Shown here in pieces: positions 24,821 through 33,706 of a DNA stretch of 64,000 nucleotides (position 1 is the first letter of the stretch; the number at the start of each line of letters is the position of its first letter). Under the pieces are notes generated by a model, which saw nothing but the letters and a program-made list of their open reading frames with translations, did not search any database and was not told the DNA's origin. The stretch is from IMG/VR virus record IMGVR_UViG_3300021168_000494, positions 3,304 through 67,303 of that record. One strand, written 5' to 3'. The position numbers and the translations under genes were made by a program. Source of the stretch: a virus.

Positions 24821-27800
24821 CAATGCCGATACACCTCTAGCTCCCGTTCCGCTCGAACTGCTCGGGGGTCTCTATACCGAAGCCGCGCCTGAGTCTCTTC
24901 CCCTAGGCGCCAGCCCCATCGTGATTAATTGCGATTTTATTTTGGGATCAGTGCTCCTGCGGCCGGGGAAGCAGAGCGCATTCGTTTTCGGAAATTCCTT
25001 CATAAAGCAGAACACCAAGTTCGTCACGTCGATCCCGGGCGCGAACGCGCCGAATGAAACTCCGTGGTCCAATCCGACAAATGCGGAACTCGATACTCCG
25101 GGCACTTACGCCGAAGTGTCGCTGATGGGAGCGGGAGGCTTACCAAACTCGCAAGTCTTGGACTGCATAAATTACGCGATGAACATCCCTGCAACGGTTC
25201 AGGTCCTCGGTCTGCAGGTAGAGATCGACGGTTTGCAATCCGGTCTGCAGGCAGGCGCGCAGATTGCTGTCACAGTAGGAACGACCACGATCATTGCACA
25301 GCTTGGCACTTTGTTCGGCACAACCGATATCGGCACTCCTCTCAGTAATTGGGGGCTCACGCTCACGCCGGCACTCCTGAACGATCCAAATTTCCCCGTG
25401 AAGATCGTTGGCAGCGCACCTTTAATTCCGAATATCGGCACCGGCACAACGCAACTCGATGCTTTCGCAGGTGCCGCAGCTGGTGGCAGCGAATCGTCAA
25501 CGGTGGTGATATCGGCCAACCCGAGCGTCCCGAAGGATTGGGCTCTTCTCGCTACCGCGCAAAACGGAAACAAGTCGACGCAGAATCCCGGGATGTGGAG
25601 CATCCTGAGTCTCACGATCAGCGGAAATGTTCTGACGATCACCGTAAGTACGCCCTGCTCAATCGCTCCGGGCCAGACGATGACGATCGGCAACCAAAGT
25701 GGGGCGACGGCTTTTCTGAACGGGCAGACGGTCGTGGTCGGAACAAACAGCGGAACTGTGCTCACCGCGCCATTTGTACACGCCAATGCGGCGAACAACG
25801 TTGGATTTATCTCCGCGAATGGCTGGACGGGGCTCGGATCCAACGGGAGTGCCGGCGCACTCATGATGCAGCAATTCCCGTCCGCTGCCCCCGTGAATTT
25901 CAGTGGTGCACTTTCCGGGACGTTCTCCTGGGCCGCTGTCATGGGGCTTTTCGCAACGAACGGAATCCCTGCTCTTGTCCAATCTGCCAGCGGAAGTGGT
26001 GCGACGAGCAAACCACAAACCGAAGGCTTCCCGAATGCCACACAGGCTGGCAATTCACTATTTTTTGTCCTCCAAGCGAGTCTTATACCGGATGCAGTGC
26101 CGATACTCGGTTCGACATGCACGGACACCGCAGGGAACCTCTACACGCTCGTCGGGATGAGTCAAGGACCAATCGACGTGTCCAATTTTGGCTCGCTCGT
26201 CCTCATCTATTTCGCGCAAAACACTGTCTCGCTCCCGAACACAGGGCATATTACGTTGTCGTTAACGGACACCTTTGGTGCAGCTTCGGTTGCCTCTGCG
26301 ACGTGGACCGTCCTCGAAATCTCGAATCTGGCGAACGTGCCAGCGCAGATCCCAACGGTGTTTGATATCGCAGCCGTGAAGCTGAAGGCGTGGGTCAGTC
26401 CGAATCCTCCACCGAGTTTCAATTACATCAAGACGTTCGCGGAAACGGGCGGCGAAGTTCTCACTCTGGCTCTTGGCAGCAACGGGATTTTCTACCAGGA
26501 AGACGCGATCAATAACCCAACGGTTTTGTTCCCGGTGTATTCCGCGATTGAGCCGAACACTTTTGCTCAGTCGGCGACGGTCGACGACCGCGAATTCATC
26601 GCGCTATCGAATCTGCTGAACGGCACTGACATGCCGCGGACCTACACCCCTCCGAACTTTGACCGGCTCTCGCAGGTCGGTCCCGGTGCGCCACCATCGG
26701 CATCTTCTTCTTCGGCCGCGAGCAATATTCTCTCGATCACGCAGCCCCCGGTGCAAAGCGATCCTGTAGAACCTGGCCACCTTTCTGGAATCCTGTGGTC
26801 ATCTGGACCTGGAAGTACGGTCGCTGGCAACGTCCTCACGGTCTATTACGCCGGCACGAACAACCTAGCCGTGGCTGATCCGAATCTCGTGATCGGCGCT
26901 GGCGTGCAACTCGCGGCAATCAATTCAAGCCAATTCGGTGGCCAAACCGTGAACGGCGACTACATCATCACTGGAACTGGCCAGGGTGTTCCTCCCGGCG
27001 CCGCTCAGAGTCGCTGGTATTTCACGGTGATCATGCCGACGTCGCAGTCGATCAATCAGGCGAACCACATCGAGTCTCACGCACCCACGGGTACATACCA
27101 GGTGACGACCGCCACTCTGACGGCTGCCGCACAGGTACCGAATTTGGAAGTTGGTGGGACACTGCAGATCGCCGGCACCGGAGGCGCACCGACTGCCGGC
27201 TACGACGGAAGCTGGACGGTGAATGCGACGCCGAACGCTTCGCAGCTTCTGATCACGAGCACTTCACTGAACGGCAACGTAGCCACTTATGGATACACGT
27301 TGATCAGTGGCAGCGCCCCTGTTGCCGGCCAGCTTGTGACAATCACCGGGACGCTGAACGGAAACGGAATTTTCAATCAGAGCAACCAGGGGATCGCGTC
27401 GGCATCCCCGGGGTCCTTCTCGATCAATCTCTTCGGGAATAATGTGAACTCGGCGGCCGAAAACGGGTCGGGTGTGATCTTCGGCACGATATTCCAGTTC
27501 GACCCACTCGTGATCGTCGGCAACAAGACTGGTGGAAATCTGGTGACCTCGGGGATCATCGGCGCTGGCGTGCGAAAGGTGTGCTACTCCTTCCTCACGA
27601 GGAACGGATTCATGACGCAACCGTCACCGATCACGACATTTGACGTGAACTCCGGGGCCTCGGCGATCACAATCTCCGATTTGCTGCCAGGACCGTCGAA
27701 CGTGATTGCGCGCGTGATCCATCTGACAGGTGCGAATGGTGGGAATTTCTACAACATCCCTCAACCGGTCGTCGTGAACAATAACGGAGTGAAAGTCACG

Positions 27801-29672
27801 AACTCGTCGACGTGGGTGAATGACAACACGAGCAGGAGCGTCACACTCAGTTTCTCGGATGGCGTACTGCTGGCTGCGGATCAAATCGACATTGAAGGGA
27901 ACAACCTCTTCGAAAACTTCGAACTTGGCAGTTGTGTGGCCCTGATTCCGTATGCGGAGCGACTCTTCGCGGTCGGCGAGCAAAATAAAATCTTCAACCT
28001 CCTGAATTGCTCTTTCGATGGTGGGATCGCCGGTGGATCCGGGAGCACAGCGAGCGTCCCGGCAGGATGGACAGTCGACCCGACGAATGGTAGCGGCGAA
28101 AGTGTCGTGGCATCTCCGCAGTTTGGGAATGCAGTCCAGATTTTCAATCAGACCGTGAGCACTCAGGCGCTTTACGGGATGATTACGCAACCGGCATTCC
28201 AGGACGAGTTCCTTGTGCCGATCATCGAGCCGTCGACAACCTACAGCGTGCGGATCACCTGCTCGTGTCCGACCGGAGCGGCTTCTGGAAATCTCGTCGT
28301 TGATCTATTCAGCCCGTCGTCGGGCCTCATACTCGGGCAGTTCACTCTGTCGCTCGCCTCCATCGGCAGCACGATGCAAATTTTCACGGGGAAAATGCTG
28401 ACGACGACTCTTTCGCCTGTGCCGGCCGACCTGTTGATCAGGATCTACGCTGCGAACATTCCAAATGGCGTTCAGATCCAAATCGACCGTGTCGAGCCGT
28501 TCCCAACCGAGACGCCGAACCTGAACACGCAGATCATCGGCAGTTACACCCAGGCGTTCGAGCAATTCGACCGGCTGAGTGGTGTGGTTCAAGCCAACCA
28601 GCAGAATCAGCAGCCCGTCGTCACGGCCTTCACCCTCTTCGGCACACTTTACGTCGTGAAAAGCGGATCGTTCGTGGCTGTGAACGATAACGACACGACG
28701 GAGCCGGCCAACTGGACTAAACCGCGGGTCGTTTCCAATTCCGTTGGAGGATTTGGGCCTTATTCCGTGACCTTCGGAGTGGATGATCCGAACTCTGGCG
28801 AGGAATGGTCGCTGATCGCCGGCCCTGCAGGTCTCTTCATTTTCTTCGGTGGGCAACCGGTCAAACTCAGTGAGGAAATCCAAGCGGTCTGGAATCAGAT
28901 CAATACTGCCTTCGCTTACACGACGTGGGTCCGCAATGATGTGGCCAACCGGAGAATTCTTGTGGGAGTGCCGCTGAAGGCGTTGAACGCCCAGGGGCAG
29001 AATCCATCGTGGTTGCCGGCAGGGCTGCTCACCGACAATAATCCGTCAACGCCGAACGTGGTTCTCGAACTGAACTATAAACAACTGAACACCTCGAGCG
29101 CCCTAGCCGACAGCGTTCAGATCCACCGCAGCTATTCCGGGAAATTAATCGCCTCGGATATCGTGCGGAAGTGGTCCATCTGGCTTCTGAAGGCGCCATG
29201 CGCTGCTTTCCTCCAGCGTGCGGACAACTCGATGCCGCTGTTCGTCGGGAATTCCGATGCCACGGGGAAAATTTATCAAATGATCGACGGTTTGATGCAG
29301 GACGACGGCGCTGCGATCAACCAGCTTTATGCGACGGCCGGTTTTGTGCCATCGGAAACCGGAGAGGCGCGGCAAATCGGCGTGACGCGGTACACCTTCG
29401 AATACATGACTCTTCTGATCCGCGGGAATGGCACCGTGATTTTGACCGTGTACCCAAATACGCTCGATACTCCCTATTCGCATGTGCTGTTGCCGAACCT
29501 CACGTTGCCGGCCAGTACGAATGGCGACGCAGAAGTTCCAGTGAACGAGGTCGGAAACAGATTGTTCGTTCTGTTCAACTCGAACGCAGTCGGTTCGGGA
29601 TTCAATCTGGCGCGCGTCGTGATGGTGATGACGAAGGATCCATGGAGTCCGGTCCGCGGCGTAAATTCGTAG
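24816..29672 (+). CDS. Large tail protein (nozzle/stabilisation-like with inserted beta-sandwich domains), probable ATT start
   Basis: The frame is open from 24813; 'LGGL.TE..P..LP.G.SP...N' N-terminus lies upstream of the first GTG (24921); beta-propeller-like C-terminus. Confidence 0.75.
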   Translation: MNNADTPLAPVPLELLGGLYTEAAPESLPLGASPIVINCDFILGSVLLRPGKQSAFVFGNSFIKQNTKFVTSIPGANAPNETPWSNPTNAELDTPGTYAEVSLMGAGGLPNSQVLDCINYAMNIPATVQVLGLQVEIDGLQSGLQAGAQIAVTVGTTTIIAQLGTLFGTTDIGTPLSNWGLTLTPALLNDPNFPVKIVGSAPLIPNIGTGTTQLDAFAGAAAGGSESSTVVISANPSVPKDWALLATAQNGNKSTQNPGMWSILSLTISGNVLTITVSTPCSIAPGQTMTIGNQSGATAFLNGQTVVVGTNSGTVLTAPFVHANAANNVGFISANGWTGLGSNGSAGALMMQQFPSAAPVNFSGALSGTFSWAAVMGLFATNGIPALVQSASGSGATSKPQTEGFPNATQAGNSLFFVLQASLIPDAVPILGSTCTDTAGNLYTLVGMSQGPIDVSNFGSLVLIYFAQNTVSLPNTGHITLSLTDTFGAASVASATWTVLEISNLANVPAQIPTVFDIAAVKLKAWVSPNPPPSFNYIKTFAETGGEVLTLALGSNGIFYQEDAINNPTVLFPVYSAIEPNTFAQSATVDDREFIALSNLLNGTDMPRTYTPPNFDRLSQVGPGAPPSASSSSAASNILSITQPPVQSDPVEPGHLSGILWSSGPGSTVAGNVLTVYYAGTNNLAVADPNLVIGAGVQLAAINSSQFGGQTVNGDYIITGTGQGVPPGAAQSRWYFTVIMPTSQSINQANHIESHAPTGTYQVTTATLTAAAQVPNLEVGGTLQIAGTGGAPTAGYDGSWTVNATPNASQLLITSTSLNGNVATYGYTLISGSAPVAGQLVTITGTLNGNGIFNQSNQGIASASPGSFSINLFGNNVNSAAENGSGVIFGTIFQFDPLVIVGNKTGGNLVTSGIIGAGVRKVCYSFLTRNGFMTQPSPITTFDVNSGASAITISDLLPGPSNVIARVIHLTGANGGNFYNIPQPVVVNNNGVKVTNSSTWVNDNTSRSVTLSFSDGVLLAADQIDIEGNNLFENFELGSCVALIPYAERLFAVGEQNKIFNLLNCSFDGGIAGGSGSTASVPAGWTVDPTNGSGESVVASPQFGNAVQIFNQTVSTQALYGMITQPAFQDEFLVPIIEPSTTYSVRITCSCPTGAASGNLVVDLFSPSSGLILGQFTLSLASIGSTMQIFTGKMLTTTLSPVPADLLIRIYAANIPNGVQIQIDRVEPFPTETPNLNTQIIGSYTQAFEQFDRLSGVVQANQQNQQPVVTAFTLFGTLYVVKSGSFVAVNDNDTTEPANWTKPRVVSNSVGGFGPYSVTFGVDDPNSGEEWSLIAGPAGLFIFFGGQPVKLSEEIQAVWNQINTAFAYTTWVRNDVANRRILVGVPLKALNAQGQNPSWLPAGLLTDNNPSTPNVVLELNYKQLNTSSALADSVQIHRSYSGKLIASDIVRKWSIWLLKAPCAAFLQRADNSMPLFVGNSDATGKIYQMIDGLMQDDGAAINQLYATAGFVPSETGEARQIGVTRYTFEYMTLLIRGNGTVILTVYPNTLDTPYSHVLLPNLTLPASTNGDAEVPVNEVGNRLFVLFNSNAVGSGFNLARVVMVMTKDPWSPVRGVNS

Positions 29673-29680
29673 GAGCGGCG

Positions 29681-30274
29681 ATGCCTGTCAGTCTTGAAAA
29701 AGAACGGTCATTCATCCAACAGATCCCGATCTTTGGGCAGTACCTCGACGACGCAGTTGGCAAACTCCAAGAGGGTCTGAACAATCTAGGTCTGCATCTC
29801 TCTGCCGACCCGACCGGAAAAGTGACCGCTCCTCCGGTGGTGCAGCAGCTTACCGTCAAGACGAACGGAACGGGCCTCGTGCATGCTGTGGTCACCGACA
29901 ATAATCCAATTCAGAAAAACCTTCATTACTTCGTGGAATACGACACCACCCCATCGTTTGCACAACCGCACGTAAAACAACTAGGAGCGAGCCGTTCGAT
30001 GGAGCCGATCACGCTGCCGGCACTCGATGACAACGGCAATCCGCAGAATTTTTATTTCCGGGCTTACTCGCAATATCCCGGAAGCGATCCGAGCGCGCCG
30101 ATTCACTTTGGTGGAGATACGCCCACGGCCGTGAATCCTGGCGGGTCGCAGAAAATGACGCTGCTTCCGTCGACCGGAAGCGGAACTGCCCAACCGACAG
30201 GGCAGCAGGGTGGCTCTGGATTTGGTAAAGTCCTGTTTCGGCCGGCGCCGGCGCCGAAGCGACAGAGCAAATGA
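29681..30274 (+). CDS. Virion/tail-associated protein
   Basis: AGGAG SD; follows the tail gene. Confidence 0.65.
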   Translation: MPVSLEKERSFIQQIPIFGQYLDDAVGKLQEGLNNLGLHLSADPTGKVTAPPVVQQLTVKTNGTGLVHAVVTDNNPIQKNLHYFVEYDTTPSFAQPHVKQLGASRSMEPITLPALDDNGNPQNFYFRAYSQYPGSDPSAPIHFGGDTPTAVNPGGSQKMTLLPSTGSGTAQPTGQQGGSGFGKVLFRPAPAPKRQSK

Positions 30275-30696
30275 TCAGAAATTTCGAAGATTCGGATATC
30301 GAGAAAGCGCGTGAGGTCCACGCAGCGAATGAACTGCCGGCGACTTGCTTTCCGAATCTGACGCAGACGTCGTCAGCCGGGAAAGAAGAGCCAAATCCCT
30401 TGTTCGTCGTGAAGTCGGTTTACGAACATGAAGGCCGACCGGCACTGTTCAGTTTTTTGAAGATCACGTCCGAGCTCTATCTGCTCGTGGATCACACGGT
30501 GGGAACGCCGGAAGAGCGGTGGACCTGGCTGCAGGAATTTAAGGAGCACGTGAAGTGCGAAGCGTGGCGGCTCGGGCTCGAGCAGATGACTGCTTTTGTG
30601 CCGCGAGAAATTGAAGCCAGCTTCGAAAAACGATTACTGGAACTCGGATTCATCCGCTCCCCGTGGCAGTCGTACACGCTGAATATAGAAGAGTAG
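30271..30696 (+). CDS. GNAT-like protein
   Basis: 'IR.F..SD' start and 'RL.ELGF' end; sits before the ejection genes as in podoviruses. Confidence 0.55.
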   Translation: MIRNFEDSDIEKAREVHAANELPATCFPNLTQTSSAGKEEPNPLFVVKSVYEHEGRPALFSFLKITSELYLLVDHTVGTPEERWTWLQEFKEHVKCEAWRLGLEQMTAFVPREIEASFEKRLLELGFIRSPWQSYTLNIEE

Positions 30697-30760
30697 TGAA
30701 CAAGCCTCCCGATTTGTGGCATACTCTCAGTCGAATCGGGATCAGTGAGGAGCACCAGCT

Positions 30761-31420
30761 ATGGCCCGATTTCTTCTCAACCCGGCATTCGATATCGAGA
30801 CCGGCAGACTCCTTTCCCACGACGGCGAATTTTTCGAGGACCCGAAGATCCTTTTTGATCGCGGTGCGGCTGGCGAAGCAAAACAGCAAGGCAAAGTTGC
30901 CGGTGGAGTCGCCGGAACAGCAGGTTCGAACGCTTCGCAGATCGGATCCACGATAACCCCAGTTCTCGAGCAGCAAGCCACTCATCCTACCGGCTACGAT
31001 CCCACCACGCTGAACAATATGCTCGTGTCGCAGCAGGAAGCGGCCGGGGGCGCAAATGCGACTGTCGGTGGCGAAGGAAAGTTGAACGCTCTTCGCACGC
31101 GGACCGCAGGAGGCTTCGCCCCTGCATTGGCCGAAGCCGCACGATCAAAGGGGCGCACTCTCGCTACGGGTGCCCTGAACGTTCAGAATCGCAGTGCCGA
31201 TCTCGCGCAGCAAAAACAGCAGGAAGCACTTCGTGCTCTTCAGGGTCTCTATGGGACGGATACATCGAACCAACTCCGGGCGATGGGCCTGCAAAACCAA
31301 GACCTTGAGACCCAACTTCAGGCAGGAAAATCCGGCTGGCTCCAGAATACTGAGGGAATTTTGGGGACAATTGGTAACCTAGGTAGTCAAGCTGCGGGGG
31401 CATACAAAGCCACGTCTTAA
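30761..31420 (+). CDS. Probable ejection (internal virion) protein
   Basis: Ala/Gly/Gln-rich helical sequence with an amphipathic C-terminus; GAGGAG SD. Confidence 0.65.
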   Translation: MARFLLNPAFDIETGRLLSHDGEFFEDPKILFDRGAAGEAKQQGKVAGGVAGTAGSNASQIGSTITPVLEQQATHPTGYDPTTLNNMLVSQQEAAGGANATVGGEGKLNALRTRTAGGFAPALAEAARSKGRTLATGALNVQNRSADLAQQKQQEALRALQGLYGTDTSNQLRAMGLQNQDLETQLQAGKSGWLQNTEGILGTIGNLGSQAAGAYKATS

Positions 31421-31439
31421 AGAGCGAGGCATTTTTCAA

Positions 31440-31877
31440 ATGCAGGTATATATCGTCACCAACGATCTGAACGGGAAAGCCTATGTGGGAGCATGTGCTA
31501 TGCCACTCGACAGGCGTTGGAGCGGTCACCTATCTTGGGCGAGGAAAGGTCGAGGCTATTCCTTACATGCCGCGATGCGCGAACATGGGATAGAACACTT
31601 CCACATTTCGAGGGTCTGGTCCGGGATGGTTCCGAAAGCCAAACTCAAACGGCTGGAAGAGTATTTCATCAAATCATTCCAGACGATGGTTCCAAATGGA
31701 TACAACGAAACCATTGGTGGGACCACGCGAATTTTCCAACCTTGTGCGGCGCAGAAAAAAGAGAAGATTTCCAAAACACTCAAAGGCCATCCGGTTTCAG
31801 ATGAGACACGCGCCAAGATAAGCGAGAGAACGAAGATCGGCATGGCGCGTAGAATGCAGGAAAATCCGTGGCGCTAA
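31440..31877 (+). CDS. GIY-YIG homing endonuclease (paralogue of 24254)
   Basis: 'VY.VTND.N.K.YVG', 'RW..H', 'GYN.T.GG', 'S.ETRAKIS'. Confidence 0.85.
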   Translation: MQVYIVTNDLNGKAYVGACAMPLDRRWSGHLSWARKGRGYSLHAAMREHGIEHFHISRVWSGMVPKAKLKRLEEYFIKSFQTMVPNGYNETIGGTTRIFQPCAAQKKEKISKTLKGHPVSDETRAKISERTKIGMARRMQENPWR

Positions 31878-33706
31878 CCCTGCAAGATATCATGGCGGCA
31901 CCGAGCGACCCCGATTTGCTGAATCAGCATCTCGAGGGCCTCGGTCTTTTGAAACGGCCCGAGCCACCTGCGCCGACGATCCCGCCAGCGATCGTGGCAC
32001 CGATGATGGCGCCGAAGTCAGACGTCGCGCCCATGACTCCCCCGACCTCATTTCCTGTCGAAAAAAGTGCAGGTCATCCGTTGACGGGCCTCGCCCGTGA
32101 ACTGGCCCTCGGCGCGACTGTGCAACCGAACATGCCTGAGCACAAGGTCGCGGATATGACGGCTCCCGATATGGGCGGGACGCCGGCGATGCCCGAGGGT
32201 GGAGTTGCTGTGAAACCGATGGCGCCACCGGTACTGTCGCACACCGAAAAAATGGCGCTGCCCACATCGTCGCCAGGCGCACCGATCGGAAGTGCTGCAG
32301 AAACAGCAAGCGAACTGGCCCGGATTCAGGAGCAAAAAGAACACCCGTGGGGAAGCCCGGACAATCATCCGGGGATCCTCGGGAAGATCGGCCACGTTGC
32401 CGGCAGGATCGGAAACATCGCTCTCGACACATTGGCGCCCGGGATCGCGCTGAACATTCCCGGGACAGACCTACAAAAAAGCGGTGAGGAAAATACTCTG
32501 AAGCGGGAACTCGCAACGCGCACGGCCGCCGAAGGCCAGGCTGGAAACCTCAAATCCGAAGAGGCTGCGCGCGACGTACAGACTGCGGAAGGAAAGCAGC
32601 GCCTCGCCAAAATGCAAGGCGAAGAAAATCTCGAGCGTGACACCGAGGGCAACGTCACTGGCTGGAAGGATGCCCAAGGCAAACTCCACGGTCTCGATGA
32701 AGAAGGGACACCGCAGGGCGTGAAGGATATCGCGGAAGCGACGCAGAACAAGCCGCACTTCGAAAAATCGGCGAACGGCGATATCGTGCAGATCACTCCT
32801 GGGAAGAATGGCGCCGCGGCGACGTCCAACGTGGTTTACAAAGGCCAGCCGAATCAGAAGACCGAGACGCGGTCGATCGTTGGTGACGACGGCCACGCGC
32901 ACGACCAGCTGATTGATATCACCCCGGGCAGCCCGACGTTTGGGAAGTCGCTCGCAGACCTCGGTCGTTCGAAAGAGGACAAACAGGAATCGCCGACTCA
33001 GGCGCTTACGAAAATGAAAGCCGATGAAGAGCCGGTGATCGGCTACGACAAAGACGGTGTGATGCAGCTTATGCCGCGGGGCGAGGCGAAGGAAGCCGGC
33101 CTCTCGCACATCATCAAGGCGACGACGAAGGATCGCGAGGACGCGCAGCAGAATACGTCGGTCCTGAACGATATGGGCGCGAAGGTTCGGAATCTGTCCT
33201 CGAGCAGCAAGGCTCTCGATCAGGGGCTTTACGAGCGCACTCTGATCAAAACGGCACTGGCCGGTGGACCGAACGATCTGACAACTGCCGGCGCAGTCAA
33301 ACTCATGTCGGACAAATCGAAGGCTTACGTTCAGGACGTGTTCTCTCTGCGCGAAGCCGCTCTTGCTTTGCCGAAGCAACTCACTGGTGGTTCGCGCGTG
33401 TCCGAGGTTCAGGCCCAGGCGTTGTGGAATACGATCCCGGGCGTCGGTGGTGACTCAAAGTACGCAGACAAGCAACTTCGGAAGTTCGACGAAAATCTCT
33501 CTCGTCTCTGGAAGAAAGTTCCGCGCGTTGAAGGGAACAAACCGGAGCGAGCCTTCCCGGAAAGGGCAGGTGGGGGTGCAGTGGAGAATTGGACACCACC
33601 CAAAGGCGCACCAGACGCAACCAACGTTCCCGATAATAAAGTTTTGAAGGACAAACAAGGCAACATCGTGGCTCGAGCGAAGGGTGGCCAGTGGCAGCAG
33701 CCGTAA
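31868..33706 (+). CDS. Probable ejection protein
   Basis: Pro/Met-rich N-terminus, helical C-terminus; position. Confidence 0.6.
   Translation: MALTLQDIMAAPSDPDLLNQHLEGLGLLKRPEPPAPTIPPAIVAPMMAPKSDVAPMTPPTSFPVEKSAGHPLTGLARELALGATVQPNMPEHKVADMTAPDMGGTPAMPEGGVAVKPMAPPVLSHTEKMALPTSSPGAPIGSAAETASELARIQEQKEHPWGSPDNHPGILGKIGHVAGRIGNIALDTLAPGIALNIPGTDLQKSGEENTLKRELATRTAAEGQAGNLKSEEAARDVQTAEGKQRLAKMQGEENLERDTEGNVTGWKDAQGKLHGLDEEGTPQGVKDIAEATQNKPHFEKSANGDIVQITPGKNGAAATSNVVYKGQPNQKTETRSIVGDDGHAHDQLIDITPGSPTFGKSLADLGRSKEDKQESPTQALTKMKADEEPVIGYDKDGVMQLMPRGEAKEAGLSHIIKATTKDREDAQQNTSVLNDMGAKVRNLSSSSKALDQGLYERTLIKTALAGGPNDLTTAGAVKLMSDKSKAYVQDVFSLREAALALPKQLTGGSRVSEVQAQALWNTIPGVGGDSKYADKQLRKFDENLSRLWKKVPRVEGNKPERAFPERAGGGAVENWTPPKGAPDATNVPDNKVLKDKQGNIVARAKGGQWQQP

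Noticed and set aside
24241-24920. Group I intron around the GIY-YIG gene
   Set aside because: The flanks are too short for a ribozyme core and the upstream gene ends normally.
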